Shown here in pieces: positions 19,249 through 29,476 of a stretch of 64,000 nt of DNA (position 1 is its first letter; every line of letters starts with the position of its first letter). A model generated the notes under the pieces. The model was not told the origin of the DNA. It did no database searches and saw only the letters and a list, made by a program, of their open reading frames with translations. The stretch is from Anaeromyxobacteraceae bacterium. Its GTDB lineage: Bacteria; Myxococcota; Myxococcia; Myxococcales; Anaeromyxobacteraceae. The translations under genes were made by a program, and so were the position numbers. The stretch is taken from the NCBI GenBank assembly GCA_047602405.1, contig JASGHJ010000001.1, forward strand, positions 1,504,001-1,568,000, given 5' to 3'.

Positions 19249-20433
19249 CTACTCGAACAGCCGCCCCGCGATCGACGAGTGAAGGTCCATCCCCCGGGAG
19301 GTGAGGACGAGGCGGGCCTGGCCGCCGCTGCCCGCCCGCCACACCGCGAGCCGCCGGGCCACGAGCCGCTCCGCCTCCTCGCGCTGCCGTGGCGTGAGCC
19401 CCGCGCCCGGCGCCCCGGCGCGCGTGCGGAGCGCGAGCATCAGCCGCTCGTTCGCCTCGGCCGCGTCGTCGAAGCGGTCTTCCTCCGCCGTCGGCAGCCT
19501 TCCCTCGGCCACCGCCGCCACGTACGCCCGCGCGTCCCGCAGGTTTCCCCACCGCACGGTGCCCTCGATGCTGCTGCCGATGCCGCTGCCGATGCTGCTC
19601 CTGCTCCTCGAGCATCCCCACGCGCCCGCGCCGACGCCGAGGTAGCTGTCGCCCGACCAGTAGAGCCCGTTGTGCACCGAGGCCCGGCCCGGCGCGGCGA
19701 AGTTCGAGATCTCGTACCGGCGGAGCCCCGCCCGCCGCAGCGCCGCGCGGATGGCGGCGCCCTGCGCGGTCGTCTCCTCGTCGGAGGGGAGCGGCAGCCG
19801 CCCCTGCCGCCGCATCCGGGCGAGCGGCGTCTCCTCGGCGAGCACCTCGGTGTCGAGCGTGAGCGCGTAGGCCGACACGTGCACCGCCCCGAGGGCGGCG
19901 GCGTGCGCGGCGTCTCTGCGCGCGGACTCGACCGTCGAGCGGCGCGCGCCGTAGATGAGGTCGACCGAGACGTTCGGGATCACGGCCGCGCACAGCCGGA
20001 TGGCGCGCTCGGCCGCCTCGGGCCCGTGGCGCCGGCCCAGCTTCGCGAGGACGCCCGGGTCGAACGACTGCACCCCGATCGACACCCGGTTCACGCCCGC
20101 CGCCCGCCACGCCTGCACCCGGCCGGGGTCGCAGGACTCGGGGTTGACCTCCAGCGTCGTCTCGGCGCCCTCCGGCAGCCCCAGCCGACGCGCTGCGCCG
20201 ACCACCTGGGCGATCTCCGCGGGACTCCAGAGCGACGGCGTGCCGCCGCCCAGGTACAGGCTCGCAGCCGACAGGCCCTCGAACGCAGCCGAGCGCGCGC
20301 GGAGCTCCGCGAGCACCGCGGCGACGTAGCTGCCGTCCCCCGGCACCGGGTCGGTCGTGACCGCGAAGTCGCAGTACGGGCAGCGGTGCGCGCAGTACGG
20401 GAAGTGGACGTAGATCCCGTACGGGAGGCCCAT
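19249..20433 (-). CDS. hemW: Radical SAM heme chaperone / coproporphyrinogen III oxidase family
   Basis: YVHFPYCAHRCPYCDF (CxxxCxxC), GGGTPS, RVSIGVQSF, YEISNFA, HNGLYW. Confidence 0.88.
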   Translation of the reverse strand: MGLPYGIYVHFPYCAHRCPYCDFAVTTDPVPGDGSYVAAVLAELRARSAAFEGLSAASLYLGGGTPSLWSPAEIAQVVGAARRLGLPEGAETTLEVNPESCDPGRVQAWRAAGVNRVSIGVQSFDPGVLAKLGRRHGPEAAERAIRLCAAVIPNVSVDLIYGARRSTVESARRDAAHAAALGAVHVSAYALTLDTEVLAEETPLARMRRQGRLPLPSDEETTAQGAAIRAALRRAGLRRYEISNFAAPGRASVHNGLYWSGDSYLGVGAGAWGCSRSRSSIGSGIGSSIEGTVRWGNLRDARAYVAAVAEGRLPTAEEDRFDDAAEANERLMLALRTRAGAPGAGLTPRQREEAERLVARRLAVWRAGSGGQARLVLTSRGMDLHSSIAGRLFE

Positions 20434-20577
20434 GGCCGTTGACATACGGCGGGCGCCGGACGAAGTCGACATCGGACGGGAGACGTGGTTTCCTCCCGCG
20501 GATTTCACGCACCTCTTTCCGCAGGTCCGCCGCCGCGGCCTGCAGCCCAGCAGCCCTGCTGCTCGACGAGGGAACGC

Positions 20578-22629
20578 ATGGCCGAGCCCGCGCTCAAGGA
20601 CTTCAAGCCCTACATCCCGGCCGAGACCGCCACGGTCGCCGAGTTCACGCCCAAGGCGATCGTCGCCGGCGCGCTCTTCGGCATCCTGTTCGGCGCCGCG
20701 ACCGTGTACCTCGCGCTCAAGGCCGGCCTCACGGTCTCGGCCTCGATCCCGATCGCGGTGATCGCGATCTCGCTCGGCCGGAAGTTCCTCGGCACGACCA
20801 TCCTCGAGAACAACATCATCCAGACCGCCGGCTCCGCGGGCGAGTCGATCGCCGCGGGCGTGGTCTTCACGCTGCCCGGCTTCCTCTTCCTCTCGATGGA
20901 CCCCGCGACCGGCGTCTCGGTCGGCGCCGGGTACTTCAACTACGTCACGCTGTTCATCCTGGCGCTCGTCGGCGGCATCCTCGGCGTGCTCATGATGATC
21001 CCGCTGCGCCGCTCCCTCATCGTGAAGGAGCACGGCCAGCTGCAGTACCCCGAGGGCACGGCCTGCGCCTCGGTGCTCATCGCCGGCGACAAGGGCGGCG
21101 AGTTCGCGAAGACCGCGTTCCAGGGCGTCGGCTTCGCGCTCGTCTACGCGATCCTCCAGAAGGTCTTCCACGTGATCGCGGAGGCCCCGGCCTTCATCAC
21201 GAGCCAGAAGAACAAGTGGCTGCCGAACGCCACGGTGAACGGCGAGATCACCCCCGAGTACCTCGGCGTCGGCTACATCATCGGGCCGAAGATCGCGGGC
21301 GTGCTGGTCGCCGGCGGCGTGCTCGCCTGGGTCGGCCTCATCCCGCTCCTCGCGGTGCTCGTCCCCGCGCACACGATCGCCGAGCAGCTCCCCAAGGTCG
21401 GCTCGAACCCCCTCGCCTACGGCTGGGACGCCGCGGCCGGTACCTTCACCGACCTCCCGAACGCGGTCTACCGCGCCTACATCCGCCAGATCGGCGCGGG
21501 CGCCGTGGCCGCCGGCGGCTTCATCACGCTCCTCAAGACCCTGCCCACCATCTGGGTCTCGCTGCGCGACTCCATCCGCTCGCTGAAGGACAAGTCCGCC
21601 GCGGCCGGCATCGCCCGCACGGAGCGCGACCTCTCCTTCGTGACGGTGATCATCGGGTCGGTCGCCCTCGTGCTCGTCCTCGTCGTGATGCCGCAGATCC
21701 CCGGCGAGAGCGTCTTCTCGAAGCTGATGGTCGGCCTCCTGGTCATCGTCTTCGGGTTCATCTTCGTGACGGTGTCCTCCCGCATCGTCGGCATCATCGG
21801 CTCCTCCTCGAACCCGATCTCCGGCATGACCATCGCGACGCTGATGGCGACCGCGATGGTGTTCGTGGCCTTCGGCTGGACCGGCAAGGTCTACGAGCCA
21901 ATGGCGCTCGTCGTCGGCGGCATGGTCTGCATCGCCGCGGCGAACGGCGGCGCGACGAGCCAGGACCTCAAGACCGGCTACCTCGTCGGCGCGACGCCGC
22001 GGTACCAGCAGATCGCGCTCTTCGTGGGCGCCATCGCCTCCGCGATCGTCATCGGCTTCACCGTGAAGCTCCTCGACACGCCGACCGCCGAGATGGCCGC
22101 GAAGGGCATCACCCACGCGATCGGCACGCCGCAGTTCCCGGCGCCGCAGGGCACGCTCATGGCGACCCTGATCAAGGGCCTCCTCTCCCTCAACCTCGAC
22201 TGGCACTTCGTGCTCGTCGGCGCGTTCATCGCGGTCACGATGGAGCTCTGCGACGTGAAGTCGCTCTCCTTCGCGGTCGGCCTCTACCTGCCGCTCTCGA
22301 CGACGCTCCCGATCTTCGCCGGCGGCGCGCTGAAGGGCGTCATCGACCGCTTCACCGCGAAGAAGGGCGAGAAGGCCGAGGACTCCGAGCTCGGCGGCGG
22401 CTCGCTCTTCGCGACCGGCCTCGTCGCGGGCGGCGCGCTCATGGGCGTGATCGTCGCGCTGCTCAACGTGAACGACAAGGTCAACGAGACGATCTCGAAG
22501 TGGAACGCGGAGCACGCGCTCCGCGGCGCGATCGGCGAGAGCGGCTACGAGCTCCTCGGCGTGGGCTTCTTCGCGCTGCTCGGGTTCCTGCTCTGGCGCG
22601 CGTCGAAGAAGGGCGCGCCGGAGGTCTAG
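20578..22629 (+). CDS. OPT family oligopeptide transporter
   Basis: YLALKAGLTVSASIP, ENNIIQT, YPEGTACA, NPISGMTI, QDLKTGYLVGATP, PAPQGTLM. Confidence 0.93.
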   Translation: MAEPALKDFKPYIPAETATVAEFTPKAIVAGALFGILFGAATVYLALKAGLTVSASIPIAVIAISLGRKFLGTTILENNIIQTAGSAGESIAAGVVFTLPGFLFLSMDPATGVSVGAGYFNYVTLFILALVGGILGVLMMIPLRRSLIVKEHGQLQYPEGTACASVLIAGDKGGEFAKTAFQGVGFALVYAILQKVFHVIAEAPAFITSQKNKWLPNATVNGEITPEYLGVGYIIGPKIAGVLVAGGVLAWVGLIPLLAVLVPAHTIAEQLPKVGSNPLAYGWDAAAGTFTDLPNAVYRAYIRQIGAGAVAAGGFITLLKTLPTIWVSLRDSIRSLKDKSAAAGIARTERDLSFVTVIIGSVALVLVLVVMPQIPGESVFSKLMVGLLVIVFGFIFVTVSSRIVGIIGSSSNPISGMTIATLMATAMVFVAFGWTGKVYEPMALVVGGMVCIAAANGGATSQDLKTGYLVGATPRYQQIALFVGAIASAIVIGFTVKLLDTPTAEMAAKGITHAIGTPQFPAPQGTLMATLIKGLLSLNLDWHFVLVGAFIAVTMELCDVKSLSFAVGLYLPLSTTLPIFAGGALKGVIDRFTAKKGEKAEDSELGGGSLFATGLVAGGALMGVIVALLNVNDKVNETISKWNAEHALRGAIGESGYELLGVGFFALLGFLLWRASKKGAPEV

Positions 22630-22696
22630 CGGCGTCCGCGAGCGGCGCGGCCGCTGCTCCTCGAGGCGAAGAGGGGCCGCGCCGCGCCGGTCACGC

Positions 22697-23428
22697 TCAC
22701 CGGTCGTAGCGGTCGTTCCGCCACGGGTGGGCGGTGTTCGAGTACCCGTTCCTCTCCCAGAGCCCCGGCGCGTCGTGGTCGAGCACCTCGATCCGGGAGA
22801 TCCACTTCGCGCCCTTCCAGGCGTAGAGCTGCGGGGTCACCATCCGCACCGGCCCGCCGTGGTCGCGCGGGAGCGGCGCGCCGTCGACCGTGTGCGCGAC
22901 GAGCACGTCGGGCTTCAGGGCCTCCTCGAGCGGCAGGTTCGTCGAGTAGCCGTCGTACCCGTGCACGAGGAGGTGGCTCGCGCGCGCCCTCGGCGCCGCG
23001 CGCTCGAGCAGGGTCGAGGCGAGGACGCCGCGCCAGGCGAGGTCCATCCGGCTCCAGCCGGTGACGCAGTGAAAGTCGGAGACCACGTCGACCTGGGGCA
23101 GGGCGAGGAGGTCCTCGATGGAGAGGTCGAGCGGGTGCTCCACCACGCCGTCGACGGCGAGCCGCCAGCGCTCGCGCACGACGCGCACCGGGCGGCCGAG
23201 GTCGAGCACCGGCCACTTCCTCGACGCGGTCTGCCCGACCGGCAGCTTCGGCATGCCGTGCCGGTTCGACGGGCCGGAGCCGAGCGGGCGGGGGTCCGCG
23301 ACGCCGGGCGTCGCCTCCATGCGGGCGAGGAAGCGCTCCCTCAGGCGCAGCCGCGCCTCGACGATGCGCCGCTCGCGCTCGGCGTCGGGCAGGTCGGCGG
23401 CGGAGGTGGGGTCCGTCTCGGGATCCAT
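22697..23428 (-). CDS. Molybdopterin-dependent oxidoreductase (sulfite oxidase-like)
   Basis: DFHCVTGWS, HGGPVRMVTPQLYAWKGAKW, GLWERNGY. Confidence 0.88.
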   Translation of the reverse strand: MDPETDPTSAADLPDAERERRIVEARLRLRERFLARMEATPGVADPRPLGSGPSNRHGMPKLPVGQTASRKWPVLDLGRPVRVVRERWRLAVDGVVEHPLDLSIEDLLALPQVDVVSDFHCVTGWSRMDLAWRGVLASTLLERAAPRARASHLLVHGYDGYSTNLPLEEALKPDVLVAHTVDGAPLPRDHGGPVRMVTPQLYAWKGAKWISRIEVLDHDAPGLWERNGYSNTAHPWRNDRYDR

Positions 23429-23492
23429 GCCCCTGAGTCTGTCCGGCGGGCTTCGCCGTTACAGGGCATGGATGGGGCCCCGGAGGAGCGGC

Positions 23493-25910
23493 TCAGCTCT
23501 CGCGCATCCCCTCGAGCTCCTTCGCGAGGTCGCGCGCCTTCTGCTGGAACCGCGCGACCTCCCCGTTCAGGAACACGTTCTCCTCGCGGAGGTCCGCGAG
23601 CTCGCCGGAGAGCTTCTTCGCCCGCGCCTTCAGCTCCTGCACGTCGGCGCCCTCGGCGGTGGCGGGGCGGGCCTTCTCGAGCTCGGCGGCCCGCGCGCGC
23701 AGCTTCGCGGCCTCGCGGGCGCCCGCCTCGAGCTTGCGCTCCGACTCGGCGAGCGCGGCCCGCAGCCGCGCGGTCTCGGAGAGGTGGCGCTTCTCGGCCT
23801 CGGCGGCCTCGAGCAGGCGCAGCTTCTGGGTGTCGACCTGCTTGCGCTCCACGGCCGCGTGCAGGTCGCGCTTCTCGGCCTCGATCGCCGCGAGCGCCTG
23901 GGTGCTCGCCTGCTCGGCGGCCGCGGCGCGCGCCCGGGCCGACTGGACCTCCTCGGCGAGGTGCGCGAGCTCGCCCTCGAGGCGGGCGCGCTCCGCGGCC
24001 AGGCGCTCCTCGGCGGCCTTGCGCGCCGCCTGCGCCTCGCGGACGGCTCGCGTCGCGGCCTCCCGCTGGGCCTTCTCGGTCGAGAGCGCCTTCGCGGCGG
24101 CGGCGAGCGACGCGTCGCGCTGCTTCAGCTGCTCGCGGAGCGCCGCGGCCTCGCGCTCGACCCGGGCCGCGGCCTCCTTCTCGAGGCCCTTCTCCCGCAC
24201 CGTGGCGCCCTGCAGCTTCTCCAGCCGGGCGACGTCCGCCTCGAGCCGGCGCGCGCGCTCGCGCTCGCTCGTCGCCTCCTTCTCGAGCGCCGCGGCGCGG
24301 GCCGCCACCTCGGCGAGCTCGCCCATCACCGCGTCGGCGCGGCCGCTCGCCTCGTCGGCGGCGTTCCGGAGCGCGGCCTCGGCCGCCTGCGCGGCCTCCT
24401 TCGCCTCGGCCTCCTTCGCGTCGCGGGCGGCGAGCTCCGCCTCGCGGCGGCGGACCTGCGCCGACAGCTCGTCGCGCTCGCGGGCGAGCGCGGAGGCCCG
24501 CTCCTCGGCGCGCACGAGCCGCTGCGCCGCCTCGGCGCGGTCGCGCGAGCGCTGCGCCTCCATCTCGGCGCGCTCGGCGTCGAACGCGTGGCGCTCCTCC
24601 GCCTGGGCCGCCTCGATGGCCTGCATCGCGCGCAGGTGCCCCTCGGCGTCCTCGGTGAGCTCCGCCTCGAGCCGCTGGCGCTCGGTCTCGGAGATCGAGA
24701 GCCGGTCGGAGAGCTCGCGCTCGGTGGCCTCGGCCTTCTGGAGCGTCTCGGAGAGCACCTCGGAGGCGGCCTGGCGGTTGACCTCGCTCTCCTGGAGCTG
24801 GCGGCGGAGATCCTCGAGCCGGGCGGTGGTCGCGGCCTGATCCTGCGCGGCCTCGGACAGCTTCCGCTCGAGCTCGCCCGTGCGGCGCCGCTCGGCGGCG
24901 AGGTCGGCCTCGAGCGCGTCGCGGGTGGTGGCCGCGTCGGCGCGGGCGGCCTCGAGCTCCTTCACCGCCTCCCTGACCTTCGCGATGAAGCCGTCGCGCG
25001 CGCGGAGCCGGTCGCGGAAGTACTCGAGCCGCTCCTCCGGGGTGCCCTTCGGCGGCTGCGGATCGCGCGGCTGCTCGGAGAAGACGTCGGCCGGGTCGCG
25101 CCCACCGGGCGGCCACGCCGGCCGGTGGACCACCGCCACGCGGCCGAGGACGGCCTGGCCCGGAGGCGGCAGCGGCGGCAGCGCGGGCGGCGTGGCGTGC
25201 GGCGGCTCCGGCGCGGGGGCCGCCTGCGACGGGCGCGTCGGCTCGGGCTCCGCCATCTCGATCGCGAGCTCGGGCTCCGGCTCCGGGATCGGCGCGGGGG
25301 TCGGCGCCGGTCCGGGCGCGGGGATGGGCTCGGGCGCCGGCACGACGCGCAGGTTCACGTCGGTCGAGCGGCGCTGCGGGACGCCGGGCTGGGCGCCGGC
25401 CCCGGGCTGCGGCGCGGCCACCCGCTGGAGGACCGGCGGGCCGTCGTGCACCGGCGGGGGCGGCTTCGCCGGGGGCGGCCGCTCGGCGGACGGGGTCGTC
25501 GCGACCGGCGGCGGCCCGGGGCGCGCCGCGCTCGGGGTCACGTCGGCGTGGATGAGCGACGCAGCCCGCGCGAGGAGCTCCGCCATGTCGAACGGCCAGC
25601 GGAGGTAGTCGTCGGCGTGGGTGCGGGTCGACCGGTGCGCCTCGATCGCGGCCTCGGTCGCCTCGGCCGTGTAGAGGATGAGCGGCACGGAGGCGTGCGC
25701 GCGCTTCAGCCGGTTGCAGACCGAGAAGCCGCTCATGTCCGGCAGCTCGGCCGCGAGGAGGATGAGGTCCGGCGCGGCCTCCTTGCACCGCTCCACGGCC
25801 GGCTCGCCGGCCGGCAGGGCGGTGACCGAGAAGCCCACGGGGTCGAGGGCCCGACGGATCTCGTCGGCGAAGCCTTGATCCGGCTCGACCAGGAGGACGC
25901 TGAGGGACAT
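23493..25910 (-). CDS. Pseudo-receiver + Pro-rich linker + long coiled-coil protein (AglZ/FrzS-like)
   Basis: N-terminal receiver fold with PDLILLAAEL (Ala at the phospho-Asp position), HADDYL motif, long E/A/R-rich coiled coil. Confidence 0.7.
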   Translation of the reverse strand: MSLSVLLVEPDQGFADEIRRALDPVGFSVTALPAGEPAVERCKEAAPDLILLAAELPDMSGFSVCNRLKRAHASVPLILYTAEATEAAIEAHRSTRTHADDYLRWPFDMAELLARAASLIHADVTPSAARPGPPPVATTPSAERPPPAKPPPPVHDGPPVLQRVAAPQPGAGAQPGVPQRRSTDVNLRVVPAPEPIPAPGPAPTPAPIPEPEPELAIEMAEPEPTRPSQAAPAPEPPHATPPALPPLPPPGQAVLGRVAVVHRPAWPPGGRDPADVFSEQPRDPQPPKGTPEERLEYFRDRLRARDGFIAKVREAVKELEAARADAATTRDALEADLAAERRRTGELERKLSEAAQDQAATTARLEDLRRQLQESEVNRQAASEVLSETLQKAEATERELSDRLSISETERQRLEAELTEDAEGHLRAMQAIEAAQAEERHAFDAERAEMEAQRSRDRAEAAQRLVRAEERASALARERDELSAQVRRREAELAARDAKEAEAKEAAQAAEAALRNAADEASGRADAVMGELAEVAARAAALEKEATSERERARRLEADVARLEKLQGATVREKGLEKEAAARVEREAAALREQLKQRDASLAAAAKALSTEKAQREAATRAVREAQAARKAAEERLAAERARLEGELAHLAEEVQSARARAAAAEQASTQALAAIEAEKRDLHAAVERKQVDTQKLRLLEAAEAEKRHLSETARLRAALAESERKLEAGAREAAKLRARAAELEKARPATAEGADVQELKARAKKLSGELADLREENVFLNGEVARFQQKARDLAKELEGMRES

Positions 25911-26028
25911 CGGCGCTCCATCGTACCGCACGCGGCGGCCGGGGCACGTTTCGCGCCCCCCGTCGGCCCCGGCCGGCCTGTGCGTCCTCGGCTTGGCCCC
26001 GGTGCCCGGGCCGGGGTAATGACCACAC

Positions 26029-26952
26029 GTGCCTACCTACGCGCTGCGGCTCGAGACCGGAAAGGACGAGGCGGAGGACCTCGCCGCGACCCTCATGATG
26101 GACGGGGCGAGCGGCGTGGAGGTCCGGGACGGGGAGGGGACCCCGATGCCGGGGGTCGACCGCCCGCCTGCTGGCCGGGCGTTCCTGGTCGCGTTCTACG
26201 CGGACCTCGAGGCCTGCGAGGCGGCCCGGGAGGAGCACGGAGGCTCACTCGAGCAGGTGCCGGACGAGGACTGGAGCGAGACCTGGAAGAAGGACCTGAA
26301 GCCCATGCTCGCGGGCAGGGTCTTCGTGCGGCCGTCCTGGATCACCGCCGCGCCGCCGCCGGGCGCGGTCGAGGTGGTGCTCGACCCCGGGATGGCGTTC
26401 GGGACCGGCTCCCACCCGACCACGTCGCTCTGCCTGAGGGCGCTCTCGGACGCGCTGCCGGCCGCCGGAGGCGCGGCGGGGGTCGCCGTCCGGCAAGGCG
26501 CGGCGGTGCTCGACGTCGGCACCGGCTCCGGGCTCCTCGCCATCGCGGCCAGGAAGCTCGGCGCGACGACGGTGGCCGGGAACGACGTGGACCCGGTGGC
26601 CGTGGACGTCGCCCGCGAGAACGCCGCCGCGAACGGGGTGAGCCTCGGTGCCGACTTCGAGCTCAGGGCCGAGGGGCTCGAGCGGCTCACCGGGCCGTAC
26701 GACGTCGTGGTCGCGAACATCCTCGCGAACACCCTCGTCGAGCTCGCGCCCGAGATCGCCGCGCGGCTCGCGCCGGGCGGGCTCCTGTTCCTGTCCGGCA
26801 TCCTCGCCGGCCAGGAGGGCGAGGTGCGCGACGCGTACGTCGCCCGCGGGCTCGCGGCGCGCCTCGACCTCGATCGGGCCGAGGGCGAGTGGCGGCTGGT
26901 CGCGCTGGAGCGGGCGGATCCCCGGCGGCCCGTCCCGGAGCGCCGGCCGTGA
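26029..26952 (+). CDS. prmA: Ribosomal protein L11 methyltransferase
   Basis: DWSETWKK, LDPGMAFGTGSHPTT, VLDVGTGSGLLAI, ANILA. Confidence 0.93.
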   Translation: MPTYALRLETGKDEAEDLAATLMMDGASGVEVRDGEGTPMPGVDRPPAGRAFLVAFYADLEACEAAREEHGGSLEQVPDEDWSETWKKDLKPMLAGRVFVRPSWITAAPPPGAVEVVLDPGMAFGTGSHPTTSLCLRALSDALPAAGGAAGVAVRQGAAVLDVGTGSGLLAIAARKLGATTVAGNDVDPVAVDVARENAAANGVSLGADFELRAEGLERLTGPYDVVVANILANTLVELAPEIAARLAPGGLLFLSGILAGQEGEVRDAYVARGLAARLDLDRAEGEWRLVALERADPRRPVPERRP

Positions 26953-27704
26953 CCTCGCGCCGCGTGTTCCTCCCGCCGGCCGCGCTGCATGGTGATCACG
27001 CGGTGCTCACGCCGGAGGCGCGGCACCACCTCGTGGACGTGCTGCGCCTCCTGCCCGGCGAGGCGATCGAGGTGTTCGACGGCCAGGGCGGCGCGTGGGA
27101 CGGGACGCTCGCGCCCGGTCTCGACGTGCTCGCGCTCGGCCCGCGCCGCGAGGCCGCCCGGCCCGGCGCCGACGTGCGCCTGCTCGTCGCGCTCGCGAAG
27201 GGCGAGAAGATGGACCTCGTCGTGCAGAAGACGACCGAGCTCGGCGTCACCGCGGTCGTGCCGTTCGAGGCGGAGCGGTCGGTGGTGCGGCTCGAGGGCG
27301 AGCGCGCCGAGGAGCGGGCCCGCCGGTGGCGGCGCATCGCCGAGGAGGCCGCGCGGCAGTGCGGCCGCGCCGACGTGCCGGACGTGCTCGCGCCGCGCTC
27401 GCTCGCGAAGGCCCTCGCGGCGATTCCGGCCGGCTTCGCGCTGCACGTGTTCCACGTCGAGGCGGGCGAGGCGGCTGGGTCGAAGCCGCCGGCGGCGGCC
27501 GCGCCCGGCCACGCGCTCGTCGTCGGACCCGAGGGCGGACTGACCGCGGGTGAGGTGGCCGCGTGCCTGGCCGCCGGTGCGCGCCCCGCGACGCTCGGAC
27601 CGCGCGTCCTGCGCGCCGAGACCGCGGCGATCGTGGCGGTCGCGCTGGCGCAGGCGAGGCACGGGGACCTCGCCGGTGCCTTCCTTGACCAGCCCCCCCG
27701 GTGA
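26949..27704 (+). CDS. rsmE: 16S rRNA m3U1498 methyltransferase
   Basis: HHLVDVLRL, KMDLVVQKTTELGV, EAARQCGR, VGPEGG, LGPRVLRAETA; GTG start overlaps the prmA stop. Confidence 0.93.
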   Translation: MTSRRVFLPPAALHGDHAVLTPEARHHLVDVLRLLPGEAIEVFDGQGGAWDGTLAPGLDVLALGPRREAARPGADVRLLVALAKGEKMDLVVQKTTELGVTAVVPFEAERSVVRLEGERAEERARRWRRIAEEAARQCGRADVPDVLAPRSLAKALAAIPAGFALHVFHVEAGEAAGSKPPAAAAPGHALVVGPEGGLTAGEVAACLAAGARPATLGPRVLRAETAAIVAVALAQARHGDLAGAFLDQPPR

Positions 27705-27719
27705 CCGTAGCTTCGGGCC

Positions 27720-29444
27720 GTGAAGTGCCCGCGATGTGGACGCGATTCGACCGACGGCGCGGCGATGTGCCGTCGCTGTGGCGCGCCCCTCGCCATCCCC
27801 GACGAGCCCCGCCCCGCGCGCCTCGACGCCCCGCTCGACCTCGACCGGCGCGCGCGCACGACGCTCCCCGGTCCGCCCGCCGGCGCCGCCCCTCCGGTCC
27901 GCCCGCCGGTGCGACCTCCCGTGCGTCCGCCGCCGCAGGCCGTGCCGACTCAGGCCGTGCCGACTCAGGCCGTGCCTCCTCAGGCTGTGCCTCCTCAGGC
28001 TGTGCCTCCTCAGGCTGTGCCTCCTCAGGCTGTGCCACCCGCGCCGAACCGGGCCGTCCCGCCTCCGAGGCCGCAGGCCCCGCCGACGCGTCCGCCGCCT
28101 CCGGTCGTGCGGCCGGCGGCGGTGCCCCCGGAGGATCCTCCCGACTTCTTCGCGCCGCCCGTCACGCCGACGCCGCAGCCCCTCGCGCCGCTCGTGCTGC
28201 AGGGTGACGCCGATCCGACCGCCATCACCTCGCCCGGCCTCGTGCTCGGGTCCGGCGGTGCGGACCTCGGCCACCTGCCGCGCCAGTCGAACCCGCCCGG
28301 CTACGCCGCCGAGGACGGACCCTCCGAGGCCGAGCCCGCCGGCGCCGCCGACCTCGCCCGGCCCGCGTCCGATGACGACGCCGCCCTCGAGGAGGCCTCG
28401 CCGCTCGGCTCCGCCGAGTACGTGCTGGCGGACTTGCCCGAGGAGGATCCCCCGGGCCTCGCCGAGCCCGCGATGTCGGAGGCGGACCTCGCGTTCGCGG
28501 AGATCACCGATCGCGTGCGGGGCATGACCCCGCGTCCCGCGCCCGCCCAGCCCGGCTGGCCGATCGAGCTCGGACCGCCGCAGGCACTCCCCGGCGAGCG
28601 GCCCGCGATGGAGCTGTTCGACCCTACGCCGGCGCCGAAGGCACCGGTGGCGGCCTCTTCGCCTCCGACGAGGGCCCCGGCACCGCCTGTCGCGCCGCCC
28701 GCGCGAAGCGCCGTTGCTGCTCCGGTTCCAGCACCTGCACCAGCACCTGCACCAGCTCCAGCACCAGCACCAGCACCTCGACCAGCACCTGCACCTGCAC
28801 CAGCTCCCGTTGCCGTTGCTGCGCCCGCTCCTGCTGCCGCGGCGGTCCCGGCAGCGGGATCAGGACCGGGAGCGGGGCCCTCGGTCTCCGGGCTTCCGCC
28901 CCCGAGCGCGCTGCCGAGGACGCCGGTCCGTCGCGCGCCTCCGCGCCCGCCGGCGGACCTGGAGCTGCCCGAGGCCGACGTCACCTCCATCGAGGTCCAC
29001 GTCACCGTCGCACCCGCGTGGCGCCGCGCTGCGGCCTGGGCGGTCGACGGCGTCCCCTTCGCCGCCGGCGTGGCCGGCCTCGTCGCCTGGCTCTCCTCGC
29101 AGGCGCCCGGGAAGGGCGACCGACTGTCCGCGCTGGCCGAGCTCGCGCTCTCGCAGCGGGCGGTCGGCCTCTCGCTCGTCGCCTTCCTCGCGCTCGTCCT
29201 CTTCACCTACGGCACGCTCGCGCACGCCCTCGCCGGCGCCACGCTCGGCAAGCGCCTGCTCGGCCTGCGGATCGTCGCGACCGACGGCGGGCGCCCCTCG
29301 CTCCTGCGCTGCGCGGTCCGCTCGGCGCTCTCGCTCGTCTCGATGGGCCTCCTCGGGCTCGGGTTCCTGCTCGCGCTCTTCAACCGCTCCGGCCGGTCGC
29401 TGCACGACCTCCTCGCCGGGACGTGGGTCGTGGAGGCGCCTTGA
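27720..29444 (+). CDS. Zinc-ribbon + Pro-rich + RDD domain membrane protein
   Basis: CPRCG...CRRCG N-terminus; C-terminal RDD motifs WRRAAAWAVD, TLGKRLLGLRIV, LHDLLAGTWVV. Confidence 0.8.
   Translation: MKCPRCGRDSTDGAAMCRRCGAPLAIPDEPRPARLDAPLDLDRRARTTLPGPPAGAAPPVRPPVRPPVRPPPQAVPTQAVPTQAVPPQAVPPQAVPPQAVPPQAVPPAPNRAVPPPRPQAPPTRPPPPVVRPAAVPPEDPPDFFAPPVTPTPQPLAPLVLQGDADPTAITSPGLVLGSGGADLGHLPRQSNPPGYAAEDGPSEAEPAGAADLARPASDDDAALEEASPLGSAEYVLADLPEEDPPGLAEPAMSEADLAFAEITDRVRGMTPRPAPAQPGWPIELGPPQALPGERPAMELFDPTPAPKAPVAASSPPTRAPAPPVAPPARSAVAAPVPAPAPAPAPAPAPAPAPRPAPAPAPAPVAVAAPAPAAAAVPAAGSGPGAGPSVSGLPPPSALPRTPVRRAPPRPPADLELPEADVTSIEVHVTVAPAWRRAAAWAVDGVPFAAGVAGLVAWLSSQAPGKGDRLSALAELALSQRAVGLSLVAFLALVLFTYGTLAHALAGATLGKRLLGLRIVATDGGRPSLLRCAVRSALSLVSMGLLGLGFLLALFNRSGRSLHDLLAGTWVVEAP
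27936..28040 (+). repeat. In-frame 15-bp tandem repeat x7 (QAVPx)
   Basis: CAGGCYGTGCCNNCY units read directly in the sequence. Confidence 0.9.
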
Positions 29445-29476
29445 CCGGCGGCGAAGGGGGGTCCTACAAGGGCAAG

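Noticed and set aside
19249..22515. 1088-aa ORF suggesting a giant HemW fusion
   Set aside because: The N-terminal part is the antisense shadow of the OPT transporter; hemW starts near 20433-20445.
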